A DNA stretch of 33,508 bases, from NCBI GenBank assembly GCA_943704415.1, contig CALSCO010001329.1, positions 1 through 33,508 of the forward strand, read 5' to 3'. The translations under genes were made by a program, and so were the position numbers. The DNA is from Parvularia atlantis (Eukaryota). The notes below the pieces were generated by a model. That model was not told the DNA's origin. It made no database searches and saw nothing but the letters and a program-made list of their open reading frames with translations. Of this stretch, positions 30,884-33,508 are shown piece after piece (the first letter of the stretch is position 1; the number at the start of each line of letters is the position of its first letter).

Positions 30884-32336
30884 CATGCAACCTGACAAAG
30901 CGCGCACAGGCCATCACGATCGTCGTCACCGCCAACGGACGTGCTGGCCTTAATGGCGAGGTGCCGTGCGACGCCGTGCACCGCCGCGCCGCTGACGCGC
31001 TGTGCGCAGCACTCGCCGCTGGACGGCATTGTCGCGGGCCAGATGGCCGACTACATCGCGGCACGGTGCGTCACCGCATGCGCATCGCTTGTGGCTCACG
31101 CGCAGCATGCTTCAGTGAGCAAGAGACTGACTTTCAGGCCCTCGCCGCTAACATGCAGCGCGTAAGCACAACCGAGCTGCCCGCATGGCAGCGCCTGCGC
31201 CTCACGGTCGACCTCCGCGTTCAGCAGGTGCGCTCCCCCCTGCGCGCACGTGTGGCAACTCACCGCGCCTCAGGCCGTTGTGGTCGCGCGGCAGCGCTGG
31301 GCCGACGATTGCGCGAGCCTCGGCCTCCGCACGCTGCAGCTGCTGAGCTTTGGCATCGACGACCTCAAGGAGTTCAGTGCGTGTGGCGGTCACTCGCACA
31401 CGCCGCGGCGTCTGACTGCCTCTGCGCGTCCAGCCACGCTCAGTGCCGATGCGTTTGTGCAGATGGCGCTGCAGCTTGCATTTGCGCGCATGCACGGCCG
31501 ACTCGCCGCGACGTACGAGACGGCGGCCACGCGCCGGTCAGCACACGTCTGCCGCTCGTGTGCGCAGGCTCATTAGTGCTCGCCGCAGCTTCTTGCACGG
31601 CCGCACCGAGTGTGTGCGCGTGCTCACGACCGAGCAGAAGGCATTCGTGACCAAGATGCTCGACCCGAACGCGCGGGTGCGTATGTCGCTGTTGATCACG
31701 ACTGGCCTGACGCTGCGCGCAGGAGGGCCAGCGGTACGCTGCTCTGCAGCGCGCGTGCGCTGCGCACGTCGACCAACTCAAGCGCTGCTCAGGCGGCCTC
31801 GGCGTGGATCGCCACTTGCTGGGCCTGCGGCTGGTGCCGTGCGCGACGCTTGCTTCCACCGAGCCTTTCCGTCTGACGCCGCGGCTTGCACGCACGGCAG
31901 GTGATGCGTCCAGACGAATCCGAGTCGGCCGGCCTGTTTGCCGACGCGCTGTTTGAGCGCTCGTCGCACTGGACGCTCTCCACCAGCAACATGAGCCAGG
32001 CCTGCAGGCATCGCACCCGCCGCCATCGCCCGTCGCCGCGCTGACGCCATGCCCCAGACGCATGTATCCCGGCTACGGCCCAGGCTACCCCGACGGCTAC
32101 GGCGCGTGCTACGCCTTCAACGACCGCGTGCTCAAGCTGGGCATCTCGTGCATGCGCAGCGCCGCTGAGCCCGCCGTTGACGCGGCGGCGTATGGCGAGG
32201 TGCGCGCGCAGCAATCCAAGCGTGCGCGGCGTGCACAGCTCACAGGCACGCACCGTCGCAGGCGGTGGTGGCCGCACTCGTCGACCTGCGCAGCCTGTGC
32301 CAGTGGCACCAGATGACGGCGCTGTCGTCTCTTTGA
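29221..32336 (+). CDS. Carnitine/choline O-acyltransferase (CROT/CRAT-like); start uncertain; about 16 introns; ends SSL*
   Basis: LPPLPVPPLDATLQRYLAS, SWLARWWLERAYLAWRAPLPI, NRWFDK, GLNGEHSPLDG (catalytic His), SADAFVQMALQLA, TYETAATRRFLHGRTE, GVDRHLLGL, LSTSN, GYGPGYPDGYGACY. Confidence 0.9.
30805..30881 (+). repeat. (CA)~38 microsatellite starting at the donor site of an intron
   Basis: Direct reading; follows AAG|G at 30804. Confidence 0.95.
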
Positions 32337-32540
32337 GTTTTGTAGCGTTGCCACGGTTGCGATCGTCAGCCTGATTTCCGTTTTCCTTTCCGGCCCTCAA
32401 CCCCGCCCAGCCCGGACACCACCGGCGGTCGCACGCTGTTTCCTTACTGCTCGCACTCTAGTGTGTCGTTGCCGCACTCTGGCTGACGCCTTGTCGGGCG
32501 AAGCAGAGCGTTTCAAGTTCAAGTTGACACCCTAAACTAG

Positions 32541-33508
32541 CCACATGAGCAGCCGTTCAAGGCCGCGGGGACCTACGTCGTGTGTTACGCGTCGGATGCG
32601 GCGCCGACGTACCAGGTGCAGGCGGCGGTGCAGCTAACGGCGATCCCGCTGCCGGCCGGCGACGGCCGAAACGGTGACAGGCGTGACGCCGACATCGGTG
32701 CAGCTGGGCGCGACGGTGGGGCTGGCGGTGACGGGGCTGGTGCCGTCGACGCTCAGCTACGTGGCGTTTGCGCTGGCCGACTCGCTGGGCCGGGCCGACT
32801 GCGCGACGCGCGTGCTGGTGACGGCGTACACGTCGAGCCCAGTGTCGTTCACGGCATCGTTCGCGCGGCCGGGCATCTACCACATGTGCGTGTTGACCGA
32901 CGGCGGGCAGACGTACGTCGAGCAGGCCGCGGCGCAGTCGTACCTGACCGTGACCGGTGCATGCGCGCCCCTGCACTCGCGGGTAAGCTGCAGCAGCTGA
33001 CGTGCTGTACGCGCGCGGCAGACAACGCCGTGCGCACGACGGCCACACCGACGCATCATACGCGACCGACACGAGCGTGTGCGGCTCGAGCACGGCGTAC
33101 AGCGCTGTGCGTGTTCTCTCAAACGAGCGCTCTGTCAACTGATCGGTGCCGCGCAGCTCGACTTCTACCGCCCTGCGATGCTGCTCGACTCGAGTGCGCG
33201 TGGCTGCGGCGGCCTGGTGACGACCGGCTTCAACGGGCGGTACAACGGCGACGCAGCGGCGTGCACGGCCGCGCCCGACCTCGTGAGCACGTTCACGACG
33301 GCGCTGATCTACAGGTGCGCCCTTTTGCCCTCTGTCGGGGTGCCCGCCTATTGACCGCGTCGCAGCAACCCGTCGTGGGCGTCGTGTCGGGCGGGACGAC
33401 GGTCGTGCTGTCGATCTTTTCGCTGTGCAGCAACTCGGGCATGTACTTCACGACGCTGCAGCTGCCGCACACGAGCGCCGCGGCGGCCAACACGACGTTC
33501 CTGCGCAT
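32541..33508 (+). pseudogene. Fragment of a repeat-module (beta-sandwich-like) putative surface protein; apparent frameshift and no evident start; continues beyond the window
   Basis: Two similar modules, FKAAGTYVVCYASDAAPTYQVQAAVQLTAI and FARPGIYHMCVLTDGGQTYVEQAAAQSYLTVT, lie in different frames, with GCCG duplicated at 32651-32658. Typical introns further downstream. Confidence 0.45.

Noticed and set aside
205..32260. Introner-like (transposon-derived) intron family as an explanation for the many similar-sized introns
   Set aside because: The introns share only donor, branch and acceptor motifs. I saw no shared internal sequence or terminal inverted repeats, though an all-vs-all alignment would be the proper test.

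Overview
Very GC-rich, gene-dense eukaryotic DNA. It holds about 16 protein-coding genes split by roughly 120 short spliceosomal introns (hand count; mostly about 45-70 nt, donor GTGCGY, branch CTGAC/CTCAC, acceptor YAG). The ORF track is therefore fragmentary, and I assembled the gene models by splicing by eye. Gene order: ZFAND2B/AIRAPL-like (+), Mig1/CreA-like C2H2 repressor (-), HPS1 (+), MaoC/HTD2-like dehydratase (+), SUA5 (-), ELP5 (-), AQR (+), NDUFAF5 (-), PDX2 (+), MARVEL-like 4-TM protein (-), Trm2/RlmD-family methyltransferase (+), SCCPDH-like (-), KDM6/UTX-type H3K27 demethylase (+), EED/ESC/FIE (+), carnitine acyltransferase (+), and a partly broken repeat-module gene running off the end. 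The mix of a fungal-type Mig1/CreA with animal-type KDM6 suggests a unicellular opisthokont (inference). Main leads: (1) KDM6 lies 106 bp upstream of EED in tandem, placing an H3K27me eraser next to a PRC2 reader; (2) tandem spacers as short as 31 and 54 bp suggest possible polycistronic transcripts; (3) an apparent CUG start codon in a perfect Kozak context; (4) 8 GC-AG introns and one possible TT donor; (5) a hairpin-rich, possibly non-coding RNA segment at the window start. Family assignments come from recalled motifs, not database searches.
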